Source: Chloroflexota bacterium
GTDB taxonomy: Bacteria > Chloroflexota > Anaerolineae > UBA2200
Assembly (NCBI GenBank): GCA_014360755.1
Contig: JACIWX010000003.1
Coordinates: forward strand, 283,678 to 347,677
DNA: 64,000 nucleotides
Direction of reading: 5' to 3'
The position numbers were made by a program, and so were the translations under genes. Below, one piece after another: positions 18,901 to 28,058 of this stretch. The first letter of the stretch is position 1, and each line of letters starts with the position of its first letter. Below the pieces are notes generated by a model that saw nothing but the letters and a program-made list of their open reading frames with translations, did not search any database and had not been told where the DNA came from.

Positions 18901-20700
18901 TTAGACGTTCTTCTTTTCCTCGACCGCCTTCAGCGCCATAGCGATGAATTCCTCTAACGGTTTGGGACCCAGGTTCTCCTCGCTGCGCAGGCGCACGGAC
19001 ACTGTCCCGTCCTGAACCTCCTTATCACCCACGATCAGCATATACGGGATTTTCTGCAATTGCGCCTTGCGCACTTTGGCGTTCATGCGTTCCTCGCTGT
19101 CGTCTACCTCAGCGCGGAGCCCGGCTTCCTTCAGGCGCTGGAGCACCTGGCGTGCATATTCGTTGTGGCGGTCAGCGATGGGGATGATTTCTACCTGGAC
19201 AGGCGATAGCCACACCGGAAAAGCGCCGGCATAGTGCTCAATCAGACCGCCCACGAAGCGCTCCATGCTGCCCAACACAGTGCGATGCACCATTACCGGA
19301 CGGTGCTCCTTGCCATCCACACCGACAAACGTGAGGTCGAAACGCTCTGGGAAATTGAAATCCACTTGGATGGTGGGACCTTGCCAGCCGCGCCCCAACG
19401 CATCGCGCATTTTGATGTCAATGGCTGGGCCGTAGAACTTGGCTTCTCCTGGCATGACCTTGTACTCGATTTGGCGCTGCTTAAGTGCTTCTTCCAGTGC
19501 GGATTCAGCCGTCTCCCACACAGCATCTTCCCCGATGTACTTCGCCTTGTTCGCAGGGTCGCGCACGGACAGTTCCACGTCGAATTGCTCGTAGCCAAAC
19601 GTGCGCAGCATGAAGAAGGCGAGGTCCAGCACCCCAACGATTTCGTCCATGAGCTGGTCGGGGCGACAGAAGATATGGGCATCGTCTTGCGTGAAGCCGC
19701 GCACGCGCAACATGCCATGCAGCACGCCGCTCCGCTCGTAGCGGTAGACTGTACCTAATTCTGCCCAACGCAGCGGGAGATCGCGATAAGAGCGCGTCCG
19801 CGTCTTGTACATCAGCACGGCGAAGGGGCAGTTCATCGGCTTGAGCAAGTATTCTACCCCATCAATGTTAATCGGTGAGTACATCATGTCGCGGTAAAAA
19901 TCCCAATGGCCGCTGATCTTCCACAGGTCCAGCCTGCCAATATGTGGACTGTAGACGATATCGTAGCCGCGCTTGCGGTGCTCCTGCCGCCAGAAGTTTT
20001 CGATGATCTCGCGGATGAGCGCCCCTTTGGGATGCCAATAGACCAGCCCGGCGCCGCCGATTTCATGCGTGCTGAACAAGTCCAGTTCGCGCCCCAGCTT
20101 GCGGTGGTCACGTCGCTCGATTTCGGCTAACTTGTGTAAGTATGCTTCGAGTTGCTCGCGGGTAGGCCATACCGTCCCATAGATCCGTTGCAGCATGGGA
20201 CGGTGCTCATCACCACGCCAGTAGGCGCCCGCCACATTGAGCAGCTTCAAACCCTCTGGGTTGATCTCGCGCGTATTGGACACATGGGGACCACGACAGA
20301 GGTCAACGAATGAGCCATGTTTGTAGATGCTCAGTTTGGGCGGCCCTTCTGCGGCCTCGCCGTATTCGTCCTTGCCGCCAGCCAGGATGTCCTGAATCAG
20401 CTCCAGTTTATAGGGCTGGTCGGCAAAGATCTCCCGTGCCTCTGCTTCGGAGACCTCGCGGTACTCAAAGGGGTGATCCTCTTGCACAATCTGCTTCATA
20501 CGCGCCTCGATCTCCTGCAAATCCTCGGGAGTCAAAGGGCGAGGCAAATCAAAATCGTAATAGAACCCCTCTTCGATTGCCGGCCCAATGGCCAGTTTGC
20601 CCTCAGGGAACTTTTCTAGCACCGCCTGGGCCATGACATGGGCGGCAGAGTGCCTTAACTTGTGCAAGAATTCCTCGTTTTGATCGTGTTCTTTAGACAT
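18901..20700 (-). CDS. thrS: threonyl-tRNA synthetase
   Basis: Class II aaRS and ThrRS motifs (HRDLKP..., GGAGLVYWHPKG). The true start is ATG at 20700-20698 (MSKEHDQNEEF...). The 60 upstream codons of the ORF-track call lie inside the T-box leader. Confidence 0.9.
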   Translation of the reverse strand: MSKEHDQNEEFLHKLRHSAAHVMAQAVLEKFPEGKLAIGPAIEEGFYYDFDLPRPLTPEDLQEIEARMKQIVQEDHPFEYREVSEAEAREIFADQPYKLELIQDILAGGKDEYGEAAEGPPKLSIYKHGSFVDLCRGPHVSNTREINPEGLKLLNVAGAYWRGDEHRPMLQRIYGTVWPTREQLEAYLHKLAEIERRDHRKLGRELDLFSTHEIGGAGLVYWHPKGALIREIIENFWRQEHRKRGYDIVYSPHIGRLDLWKISGHWDFYRDMMYSPINIDGVEYLLKPMNCPFAVLMYKTRTRSYRDLPLRWAELGTVYRYERSGVLHGMLRVRGFTQDDAHIFCRPDQLMDEIVGVLDLAFFMLRTFGYEQFDVELSVRDPANKAKYIGEDAVWETAESALEEALKQRQIEYKVMPGEAKFYGPAIDIKMRDALGRGWQGPTIQVDFNFPERFDLTFVGVDGKEHRPVMVHRTVLGSMERFVGGLIEHYAGAFPVWLSPVQVEIIPIADRHNEYARQVLQRLKEAGLRAEVDDSEERMNAKVRKAQLQKIPYMLIVGDKEVQDGTVSVRLRSEENLGPKPLEEFIAMALKAVEEKKNV

Positions 20701-21035
20701 ATTTCTTCTCCTTATCATACCAGCAATCAGTGGGTAGCGCGCCTTAACAAAAAACCCTCTCACCCAAGGGGCGAGAGGGGACTCACGCGGTTCCACCCAA
20801 TTTCGACAACCAGGTTTGGTTGTCCTCCTTATGGCCGATAACGGGTGCCTCCGGGGCTCCATACTCTGCTCAGCCTGCATTTCCGGAGCCGGCTCTCAGG
20901 TGGTTTTCGCTGGGCTCCCGTTGAGAAGGCTCGCAGTCTATGACCTTCCCTCCCTGGAACGGCTCCTCCAGCTACTCGTCCTGATCACAGCCGATAAACA
21001 AAACCCACGGACGTACCGTGGGCTTCGTCGCCTTT
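20701..21035 (-). promoter_or_regulatory. T-box riboswitch leader of thrS (specifier ACC, Thr)
   Basis: On the minus strand: stem-I GAGTAG element; specifier loop GCGAAAACCACC (GAA-ACC-A, Thr codon); T-box sequence AAATTGGGTGGAACCGCG at 20805-20788; intrinsic terminator CCCTCTCGCCC-CTT-GGGTGAGAGGG followed by TTTTTTGTT at about 20783-20746. Confidence 0.75.
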
Positions 21036-21041
21036 GTGAAA

Positions 21042-21071
21042 TAATATACCACAAAATCTCAATTTTGGCAA
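21042..21071 (-). promoter_or_regulatory. putative sigma70 promoter of the thrS T-box leader
   Basis: Minus-strand TTGCCA (complement of 21066-21071), a 17-18-bp spacer, then TGgTATATT (complement of 21042-21050). Confidence 0.4.
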
Positions 21072-21130
21072 ACAAGCGAAAGCCTTCGGGTGTAGTTCAG
21101 TTTGGGGGCAGAATATGGATAAGCGTGGAC

Positions 21131-21547
21131 GGCGGACTGTGCTCCGCCTGGAGCAGGATGGATTAGACCTGTCAGGTCTGTTTAAGATCCCTGGAGCGTG
21201 GACGGCGGCGTTTGCCATTGAGCCTGCCAGGGATTGAAATCCCTGGCTGAAACAGCAAGCCCCCTGAAGGGGGCTGCAGCCAATCACCAGTCGGCTTTAG
21301 CCGACTTGCACGTTTCAGCCAGGGAATTGATTCCCTGGCGGCATCTGGGCCTGGGCTCCCATGCCCAGGCGAGGTGGTCTCCTGTGTTACCCTGAGGCGA
21401 AGCCGAGGGGTCTCATGGAACTGAGGGAGATTCTGAGCCGCTACGCGGCTCAGAATGACAATGGGAGAGCAGTTGCTCTCATGTTTGGCGTGGACAGCGG
21501 GTGATCTACCTGGAGCAGTCTCACGCTCGGCGTGGACCACAGTCCAC
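21131..21547. repeat. dense array of perfect palindromes / nested inverted repeats (unclassified structured element)
   Basis: At least ten perfect palindromes with 1-6-bp centres: 21131-21148 GGCGGA..TCCGCC; 21165-21179 AGACCTGTCAGGTCT; 21227-21246 CCAGGGATTGAAATCCCTGG; 21259-21274 GCCCCCTGAAGGGGGC; 21289-21306 AGTCGGCTTTAGCCGACT; 21319-21338 CCAGGGAATTGATTCCCTGG; 21349-21370 GCCTGGGC..GCCCAGGC; 21433-21453 CTGAGCCGCTACGCGGCTCAG; 21465-21480 GAGAGCAGTTGCTCTC; 21532-21547 GTGGAC..GTCCAC. Direct repeat GCGTGGACGGCGG at 21122-21134 and 21196-21208. A 27-bp imperfect inverted repeat (21227-21253 versus 21312-21338) encloses two of the hairpins. No credible ORF. Confidence 0.6.
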
Positions 21548-21718
21548 GCTGGGTATCAGATAGCCCCGTCTACTTGAGGAGCGAATCCGTTCCATCCGTT
21601 CCCCAAATCTGCTGACAGTGATTGTTCTTGGCCAGACTTGGCTGCTTTTCATCCGCCTGGGGCTGTGCAAGGCATTTCTTGCCCCAAAAGTGAACTACAC
21701 CCCAAGCGCACGCAGCAC

Positions 21719-21746
21719 TTGACTTTTGATTGAAATTGCTTAAAAT
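21719..21746 (+). promoter_or_regulatory. sigma70-type promoter for the tRNA-Leu/tRNA-Gly transcription unit
   Basis: TTGACT (21719-21724), 16-bp spacer, TAAAAT (21741-21746). The tRNA 5' end lies about 18 nt downstream. Confidence 0.5.
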
Positions 21747-21763
21747 GAAAAGCGCGCCGGCGT

Positions 21764-21844
21764 GGGGAAGTGTCGGAATGGTAGACGAGCGTGACTTAGG
21801 ATCACGTGGAGCAATCCGTGAGAGTTCGAGTCTCTCCTTCCCCA
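21764..21844 (+). tRNA. tRNA-Leu (anticodon TAG), class II with long variable arm
   Basis: Manual fold: acceptor GGGGAAG/CTTCCCC, D-arm TCG-GAATGGTAGA-CGA, anticodon stem CGTGA/TCACG with loop CTTAGGA, variable stem GGA/TCC, T-arm GAGAG-TTCGAGT-CTCTC, discriminator A. CCA is not encoded. Confidence 0.9.
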
Positions 21845-21861
21845 TCAGGTTAGGTGAAAAA

Positions 21862-21933
21862 GCGGAAGTGGCTCAGCGGTAGAGCATCTCCTTGCCAAGG
21901 AGAGGGCCGCGGGTTCGAATCCCGTCTTCCGCT
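21862..21933 (+). tRNA. tRNA-Gly (anticodon GCC)
   Basis: Acceptor GCGGAAG/CTTCCGC, D-arm GCTC-AGCGGTAG-AGC, anticodon stem TCTCC/GGAGA with loop TTGCCAA, T-arm GCGGG-TTCGAAT-CCCGT, discriminator T. Confidence 0.9.
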
Positions 21934-22020
21934 CCTTATGGAGAATGCTGGTTCGCATGAACCAGCATTCTCTGTATGCCTCAGGCAGGGAACTCTCCTA
22001 CCTGAGTTGATTCATCATAA

Positions 22021-23412
22021 ATGGAGGCCATATACTCGTTGAATATTCAGAAAGAAAAGACCGGCCCGTGCGAATACACGCTCACGATCGAGGTGGAACC
22101 AGAGCGTCTACAAAAACCGCTGCGCGAAGCGGCACAGCGCTTGAACCGACGCCGTCCGATACCTGGTTTCCGCCCCGGTAAAGCACCTTACGCCATGGCC
22201 GAACGCATTTACGGTAAGGATTTGATTTATGAAGAAATGCTGTACCAGGTAGGCAACGAGTGGTATCAGGAGGCTCTTGAACAGAGCCAACTCGAGCCCT
22301 ACGCACAAGGGCAAATGGAAATCGTACAATTGGAACCGCTCACGCTCAAGATCAGCGTGCCTGTGCAACCAGAAGTCACTCTTGGCGACTACCACAGCAT
22401 ACGCGTGGAGCCAAAGGCGGTAGAGGTGCAACCGGCTGAAATAGACGAAGCACTGGCTCAGATTCAGGAGAGCCATGCCATTTGGGTACCGGTTGAGCAC
22501 GCAGTTGTCACGGGCAACCAAGTGCTGATTGATGCCATAGGAACGACCGCTGATGGCAAGCCAGTAGAGCAAAAAGACCTGACCTTGGAGGTCAGCGAGG
22601 ACATCACGCCATCTGGCTTTGGCCAGAACCTGGTGGGCATGCGACCGGGCGAGAGCAAAGAATTCGATGTGGAATACCCGGCAGATTTTCGCGACCCCAG
22701 CCTGGCTGGCAAGCGCGTCCATTTCCAGGTGACGGTCAAGACGGTAAAAGAAAAAGAACTGCCACCATTGGATGATGCACTGGCACAGAGCGCAGGGTCC
22801 TTTGGGACCTTGGCAGAGCTGCGAACGTACATCGAGCAAGAACTGCGCAAGCGCAAAGAGGAAGAAGCAAGGGACGCTGCGCTAGAAGAGGCGCTGGACG
22901 CTCTGGTCGAACAGGCGACGCTGGAATATCCGACGATTGCCGTTGAGCGTGAGATAGACGCGATGATCAAATCGCGGGCAGACAATCTGATCCAGCAGGG
23001 GTTCACCCTGGAAGGTTATCTGCAGATCATTGGGAAGACATTGCCCCAACTGCGCGCCGAACTGAGGCCTCAGGCTGAGAAGCGCATCAAGCGTGGCCTG
23101 GTACTGAGCAAGTTCGCCGAGGCAGAAGGCATCACAGTAGAAGAACAGGAAATTGACCAGGAAGTGAACCGCCTGTCCGAGCCCTTTGGCCAGCGGGCGG
23201 AAGCAGTGAAAACAGCCCTCAGCGCAGAAAGACCGCTGCGCTCCATAGCCAACGATGTCCGGCGGCGCAAGGCTTTGGAGCGCTTGCTGGCTATTGCCAC
23301 TGGCAGAGGGATGGTGCAGGCAGACAATGAACGAGATCAGAAATCAGCAGAGTTGGCAATGAAAGCTGAGGAAACTGATAATGAAAAGTCACCAACTGGA
23401 GGAGGTGCATGA
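22021..23412 (+). CDS. tig: trigger factor
   Basis: 463 aa. N-terminal ribosome-binding domain, central FKBP-like PPIase region and position directly upstream of clpP-clpX. Confidence 0.85.
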   Translation: MEAIYSLNIQKEKTGPCEYTLTIEVEPERLQKPLREAAQRLNRRRPIPGFRPGKAPYAMAERIYGKDLIYEEMLYQVGNEWYQEALEQSQLEPYAQGQMEIVQLEPLTLKISVPVQPEVTLGDYHSIRVEPKAVEVQPAEIDEALAQIQESHAIWVPVEHAVVTGNQVLIDAIGTTADGKPVEQKDLTLEVSEDITPSGFGQNLVGMRPGESKEFDVEYPADFRDPSLAGKRVHFQVTVKTVKEKELPPLDDALAQSAGSFGTLAELRTYIEQELRKRKEEEARDAALEEALDALVEQATLEYPTIAVEREIDAMIKSRADNLIQQGFTLEGYLQIIGKTLPQLRAELRPQAEKRIKRGLVLSKFAEAEGITVEEQEIDQEVNRLSEPFGQRAEAVKTALSAERPLRSIANDVRRRKALERLLAIATGRGMVQADNERDQKSAELAMKAEETDNEKSPTGGGA

Positions 23413-24020
23413 GCGATCGAGTGTATAATACAGTGATCCCGATGGTCATTGAGACCACCGGTCGGGGGGAGCGAGGATACGACATCTTCTCCCTCCTGCT
23501 CAAAGAGAGAATTATTTTTCTGGGCACACCTATTGATGACACCGTAGCCAACTTGATTGTGGCACAATTTCTGTTCCTACAACGCGAAGACCCAGAGAAG
23601 GAAATCTCTTTATACATCAACTCACCAGGCGGCTCAATCAGTGCGGGTTTGGCAATCTACGACACCATGCAACTGGTCAGTGCACCAGTATCTACTATTG
23701 CAGTGGGCATGACCGCCAGCATGGGGACGATCCTGCTTTGTGCGGGTACGAAAGGGCGGCGCTATGCCCTTCCCAATGCCACGGTGCATATCCACCAACC
23801 ATGGGGCGGGGTGCAGGGCCAAGCCGTGGACATCGAGATAGAAGCCCGCCGTATCCTGCGCGAACGGGAACGGCTCAATCAGATCCTCGCCAAGCACACG
23901 GGTCAGCCCTTGGAGCGCATTATCCAGGACACAGATCGAAACTATTGGATGAATGCGGAAGAAGCAGTGCAATACGGCATCATTGACGAAGTATTGCGCA
24001 AGACCGAGCCCAGCAAATAG
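23409..24020 (+). CDS. clpP: ATP-dependent Clp protease proteolytic subunit
   Basis: [19 protein letters not shown]...MTASMGT shows the ClpP Ser-His-Asp context. It overlaps tig by 4 nt. Confidence 0.9.
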   Translation: MSDRVYNTVIPMVIETTGRGERGYDIFSLLLKERIIFLGTPIDDTVANLIVAQFLFLQREDPEKEISLYINSPGGSISAGLAIYDTMQLVSAPVSTIAVGMTASMGTILLCAGTKGRRYALPNATVHIHQPWGGVQGQAVDIEIEARRILRERERLNQILAKHTGQPLERIIQDTDRNYWMNAEEAVQYGIIDEVLRKTEPSK

Positions 24021-24064
24021 CGAGTAACGAGCCACGGATACGAAACACCGGGGAAGGATGGCCA

Positions 24065-25330
24065 TTGATGCGCAGAGAACCTATTGTCCAACACTGCTCT
24101 TTTTGCAACCGGCCCCAGTACGAAGTACAGCATCTCATTGCCGGCCCAGGCAACGTGTACATCTGTGACGAATGCGTGCAGATATGTCAGGAGATCCTGG
24201 AGCAAGAGCGGGTGGTGAGCAAACCCGTGAAGAAGATGGAGGGAAAGAGGATCCCTCCGCCGATGGAAATTTACCAACGGCTGAATGAGTACGTCGTAGG
24301 CCAAGACCGGGCTAAAAAGGTGCTCGCCGTTGCGGTCTATAACCATTTCAAGCGCACGATGGCGAGGCAGGAATCATCAGATGATGTGGAACTACAGAAA
24401 AGCAATATCCTGCTGATCGGGCCCACTGGATGTGGCAAAACTCTGCTCGCTCAGACATTGGCGCGAATCTTGAATGTGCCCTTTGCTATGGCGGATGCCA
24501 CCTCGCTGACAGAAGCCGGGTATGTGGGGGAAGATGTGGAGAATATCCTGCTGCGTTTGATTCAGGCTGCTGATGGCAATTTGGAAAGCGCAGCAAAGGG
24601 CATTGTGTACATTGATGAGATAGACAAAATTGCCCGCAAAAGCGGGGATAACCCCTCCATTACGCGAGACGTCTCTGGTGAAGGGGTGCAACAAGGCTTG
24701 TTGAAAATTCTGGAGGGGACCGTGGCAAACGTGCCGCCACAGGGCGGGCGCAAGCATCCGCATCAGGAGTATATCCAATTGGACACCACCGATATCCTGT
24801 TTATCTGTGGTGGCGCCTTTGAGGGCCTGGAGAAGATCACAGCCAAGCGGTTGGGCTCGCATCGCACTCTGGGGTTCAAGGGACCTACTACTCGCGAGAA
24901 GGCTGAGTGGACTCGTGCGGAATTGCTCAAGCACGTCATTTCGGACGATTTACTAGAATTTGGCTTGATCCCTGAATTCGTCGGCCGCCTGCCGGTCGTG
25001 GTCAGCGTGGACCCACTGGATGAAGAGATGCTCATGCGCATTCTCACGCAACCCAAGAACTCGATTGTGAAGCAATTTCAAAAGCTCTTTGCCTTGGATG
25101 GAGTAGAGCTTATCTTTACCGAAGATGCACTGCGCGAGACGGCGCGCGAAGCCTATCGCTATCGCATGGGCGCGCGTGGCCTGCGCACCATTATCGAGGA
25201 GACCCTGCTCGAAGTGATGTACGAAATCCCTTCACGCCAGGACATCAAGCAAGTTGTAATTGATGCCCAGACTATTCGTGAGCGCAAACGGACACAGCCG
25301 CTTGACTGGGATATGGAAAAGACCGCATAG
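24065..25330 (+). CDS. clpX: ATP-dependent Clp protease ATP-binding subunit ClpX
   Basis: Zinc-binding N-domain (CSFCNRPQ...CDEC), Walker A GPTGCGKT, sensor and IGF-loop region. Confidence 0.9.
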   Translation: MMRREPIVQHCSFCNRPQYEVQHLIAGPGNVYICDECVQICQEILEQERVVSKPVKKMEGKRIPPPMEIYQRLNEYVVGQDRAKKVLAVAVYNHFKRTMARQESSDDVELQKSNILLIGPTGCGKTLLAQTLARILNVPFAMADATSLTEAGYVGEDVENILLRLIQAADGNLESAAKGIVYIDEIDKIARKSGDNPSITRDVSGEGVQQGLLKILEGTVANVPPQGGRKHPHQEYIQLDTTDILFICGGAFEGLEKITAKRLGSHRTLGFKGPTTREKAEWTRAELLKHVISDDLLEFGLIPEFVGRLPVVVSVDPLDEEMLMRILTQPKNSIVKQFQKLFALDGVELIFTEDALRETAREAYRYRMGARGLRTIIEETLLEVMYEIPSRQDIKQVVIDAQTIRERKRTQPLDWDMEKTA

Positions 25331-25339
25331 GAGTATGTT

Positions 25340-28024
25340 ATGATCACCAGTGCAGAAATCCGCCGCACTTTTCTATCTTACTTTCAAGAGAGAGGCCACA
25401 CTGTAGTGCCCAGCTCATCCCTTATCCCTGCCAATGACCCGACCTTGCTTTTTACCAATGCGGGCATGGTGCAGTTCAAGGACGTCTTTTTGGGTGTGGA
25501 AAAGCGTTCCTACACTCGTGCCACCACTGCGCAAAAGTGCATGCGCGTGAGTGGCAAACATAATGACCTGGAGAATGTAGGGCCCTCGCCACGCCATCAC
25601 ACCTTCTTCGAAATGCTGGGCAATTTTTCTTTCGGGGACTATTTCAAACGCGAAGCGATTGCCTACGCCTGGGAGTTCTTGACTGAGGTCCTGGGGCTGG
25701 ACAAGAACCGCCTCTATCCCACGATCTATGTTGAGGACGATGAGGCTTTCACTCTGTGGCAGGAAGTGGCGGGAGTGCCTGCCTCACGCATTACGCGCAT
25801 GGGTAAGAAAGACAACTTCTGGGCAATGGGCGACACTGGTCCCAATGGTCCGTGTTCCGAGATCGTGTACGATCGAGGCCCAGAACATTGCACTTGTGGC
25901 CGCTCCGATTGCAACCTGACTGTCGAATGCGAGCGCTGGTGGGAGCTGTGGAACCTGGTCTTCATGCAGTACGAAACCACAGCCGATGGGATAACTCGCC
26001 CACTCCCCAAACCCAGTATTGACACGGGTATGGGTATGGAACGCATCACCGCCGTGCTGCAAGGTGCAAACAGCAATTATGAAACAGACCTGTTCTGGCC
26101 TATTATCCAACGTACCCAAGAGCTACTCGGGCACAGTGATGCACGGCGTGAAGAACAAATTGTTTCCTATCGTGTGATCGCAGACCACGCCCGGGCTATT
26201 GCCTTCCTTATTGCTGACGGCGTGTTGCCGGGTAATGAAGGCCGTAACTATGTGCTGCGCCTCATCCTGCGCCGTGCGGCACGCCATGGCAAGCTGCTTG
26301 GATTTACACAACCCTTCATCGCTGAGGTACTGAAAGTAGTGATAGACCTCATGGGCAAACACTACAGCGAATTGACCCAACGGCGCGATTTTATCCTAGA
26401 GGCCGCAACGCAGGAAGAGGAGCGCTTCCTCCAGACGTTGGACGTCGGCATGAACCTGCTGGACCAGATCATTGTCGGGCTTAAGAAGACTAACCAGACG
26501 GTTATCCCGGGAGACAAGGCTTTCCGCCTTTACGATACGTATGGTTTCCCACTGGATCTGACGCGAGATGTGGCTAAAGAGCACAACCTAACTGTGGATG
26601 AGGCGGGTTTCCGCGCCGCATTGGAGGCACAGCGCGAGCGTGCACGGGCAGCGCAACGTTTTGAAATGGGACAGGAAGAAGAGCTGTACCGCAACATGGG
26701 CCTGTCGGCGACCCAATTTGTCGGCTATGAGACGACCCGATGCCAGGCTCAAATCCTGTCTCTGGTCAGAGATGGCCAAGCACAGGAAGAGGTTGGACCT
26801 GGACAGAAGGTACAAGTTGTGCTAGACCGCACTCCCTTTTACGGCGAAAGCGGGGGCCAAGTTGGCGATACCGGTGTGATTATTGGGCCAAGAGGCCGTA
26901 TCCAAGTGCACGATACCCGTCATCCCTTGCCTGAGCTGACAGTGCATTATGGTCAGGTCGTCGAAGGAGTTCTCGCTGTCGGAGAGCAGGTTGAGGCGCA
27001 GGTTGACGAAGAGCGACGCCTGGATATTGCGCGCAATCACACTGCGACGCACCTGCTGCATCGTGCGCTCCAAAAAGTGTTGGGTCCACACGCCTTACAG
27101 GCTGGCTCGTTGGTAGCACCAGATCGTCTCCGCTTTGATTTCACTCACCTGCAGGCTGTATCTGATGAAGAATTACGCGAGATAGAGCAAGAGGTCAACG
27201 CCGCCATTCGTGCAGACATGCCGGTGGCAGGACATGTTACTACCTTTGAACAGGCACGGGCGAGCGGAGCCATGGCCCTCTTTGGCGAAAAATATGGCGA
27301 TACTGTGCGTATGATCAGCGTGGGAGATGGCTATAGCCGTGAGCTTTGCGGTGGCACCCACCTGCAACGCACAGGCCAAATTGGCTTCTTCCATATCGTC
27401 AGTGAGTCCAGTGTAGGTGCAGGCTTGCGTCGCATCGAGGCAGTGACCGGACGTGGGGCAGAAGCGTGGGTGAATCAGCAACTTAATGTCCTATCCGAAG
27501 CGGCTGCCACATTGCAGTGCCGACCTAGTGAACTGGTGCAAAAGGCGAAAGAGCTCATGGAGCAACTACGCGAGCAGCAGCGCGAGATCGTGCAACTGCG
27601 CAATCAGGTGGCGCGCGAGAATGTGGCACGCCTGTTGGAGCAAGTAAGATACATCTCCGGTGTGCAGGTCTTGGCTGCTCGGGTGGATGCCAACAGCGTC
27701 GAGCATTTGCGGGAGATGATTGACCATGCCCGAGAGGGTCTGCGCCAGCATGCGGAGCACGCTGGCCAAGAAGTAACAGGCTTTGTCATCGTCTTAGGCG
27801 CTGTTATAGAAGAACATCCTAGCCTGGTAGCTGCTGTAGCACCCGAATTGGTCAAGCAAGGGTTGCATGCCGGCAAATTGGTAGGGGAAATTGCCAGAGC
27901 GATGGGTGGTAGCGGTGGTGGACGCCCTGAACTGGGGCAGGCTGGCGGTGGTGATGCCAGCAAGATGAAGGAGGCTCTGGCTCTGGTAGAACAAAAAATC
28001 AAAGAGAGGCTAGCGACCAGGTAG
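25340..28024 (+). CDS. alaS: alanyl-tRNA synthetase
   Basis: 894 aa. Class II motifs (FTNAGMVQFK), editing-domain HxxxH...CGGTH and a C-terminal DHHA1-like region. Confidence 0.9.
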   Translation: MITSAEIRRTFLSYFQERGHTVVPSSSLIPANDPTLLFTNAGMVQFKDVFLGVEKRSYTRATTAQKCMRVSGKHNDLENVGPSPRHHTFFEMLGNFSFGDYFKREAIAYAWEFLTEVLGLDKNRLYPTIYVEDDEAFTLWQEVAGVPASRITRMGKKDNFWAMGDTGPNGPCSEIVYDRGPEHCTCGRSDCNLTVECERWWELWNLVFMQYETTADGITRPLPKPSIDTGMGMERITAVLQGANSNYETDLFWPIIQRTQELLGHSDARREEQIVSYRVIADHARAIAFLIADGVLPGNEGRNYVLRLILRRAARHGKLLGFTQPFIAEVLKVVIDLMGKHYSELTQRRDFILEAATQEEERFLQTLDVGMNLLDQIIVGLKKTNQTVIPGDKAFRLYDTYGFPLDLTRDVAKEHNLTVDEAGFRAALEAQRERARAAQRFEMGQEEELYRNMGLSATQFVGYETTRCQAQILSLVRDGQAQEEVGPGQKVQVVLDRTPFYGESGGQVGDTGVIIGPRGRIQVHDTRHPLPELTVHYGQVVEGVLAVGEQVEAQVDEERRLDIARNHTATHLLHRALQKVLGPHALQAGSLVAPDRLRFDFTHLQAVSDEELREIEQEVNAAIRADMPVAGHVTTFEQARASGAMALFGEKYGDTVRMISVGDGYSRELCGGTHLQRTGQIGFFHIVSESSVGAGLRRIEAVTGRGAEAWVNQQLNVLSEAAATLQCRPSELVQKAKELMEQLREQQREIVQLRNQVARENVARLLEQVRYISGVQVLAARVDANSVEHLREMIDHAREGLRQHAEHAGQEVTGFVIVLGAVIEEHPSLVAAVAPELVKQGLHAGKLVGEIARAMGGSGGGRPELGQAGGGDASKMKEALALVEQKIKERLATR

Positions 28025-28058
28025 CCCTGGAAAGCTATCTCCCACACGTGAGCGCTTC

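Noticed and set aside
21095-21125. Possible tmRNA (ssrA). The 5' end GGGGGCAGAATATGGATAAGCGTGGACGG loosely resembles the tmRNA 5' consensus GGGG...GGATTCGACGGG.
   Set aside because: No T-arm (GGTTCGAATCC-like) plus complementary 3' acceptor strand (TGCCCCC) is found downstream. No plausible tag-peptide reading frame ending in ...LAA-stop. RNase P (GGAAAGTCCGG / ACAGAACCCGGCTTA) and SRP (CCGGAAGGAAGCAGC) signatures are also absent.
20985-21540. ORFs 20816-21166(+), 20985-21287(-) and 21172-21540(-) over the palindrome array.
   Set aside because: Translations are Pro/Arg/Gly-rich and low-complexity, without start context. The region is dominated by DNA-level palindromes and overlaps the T-box leader and promoter.
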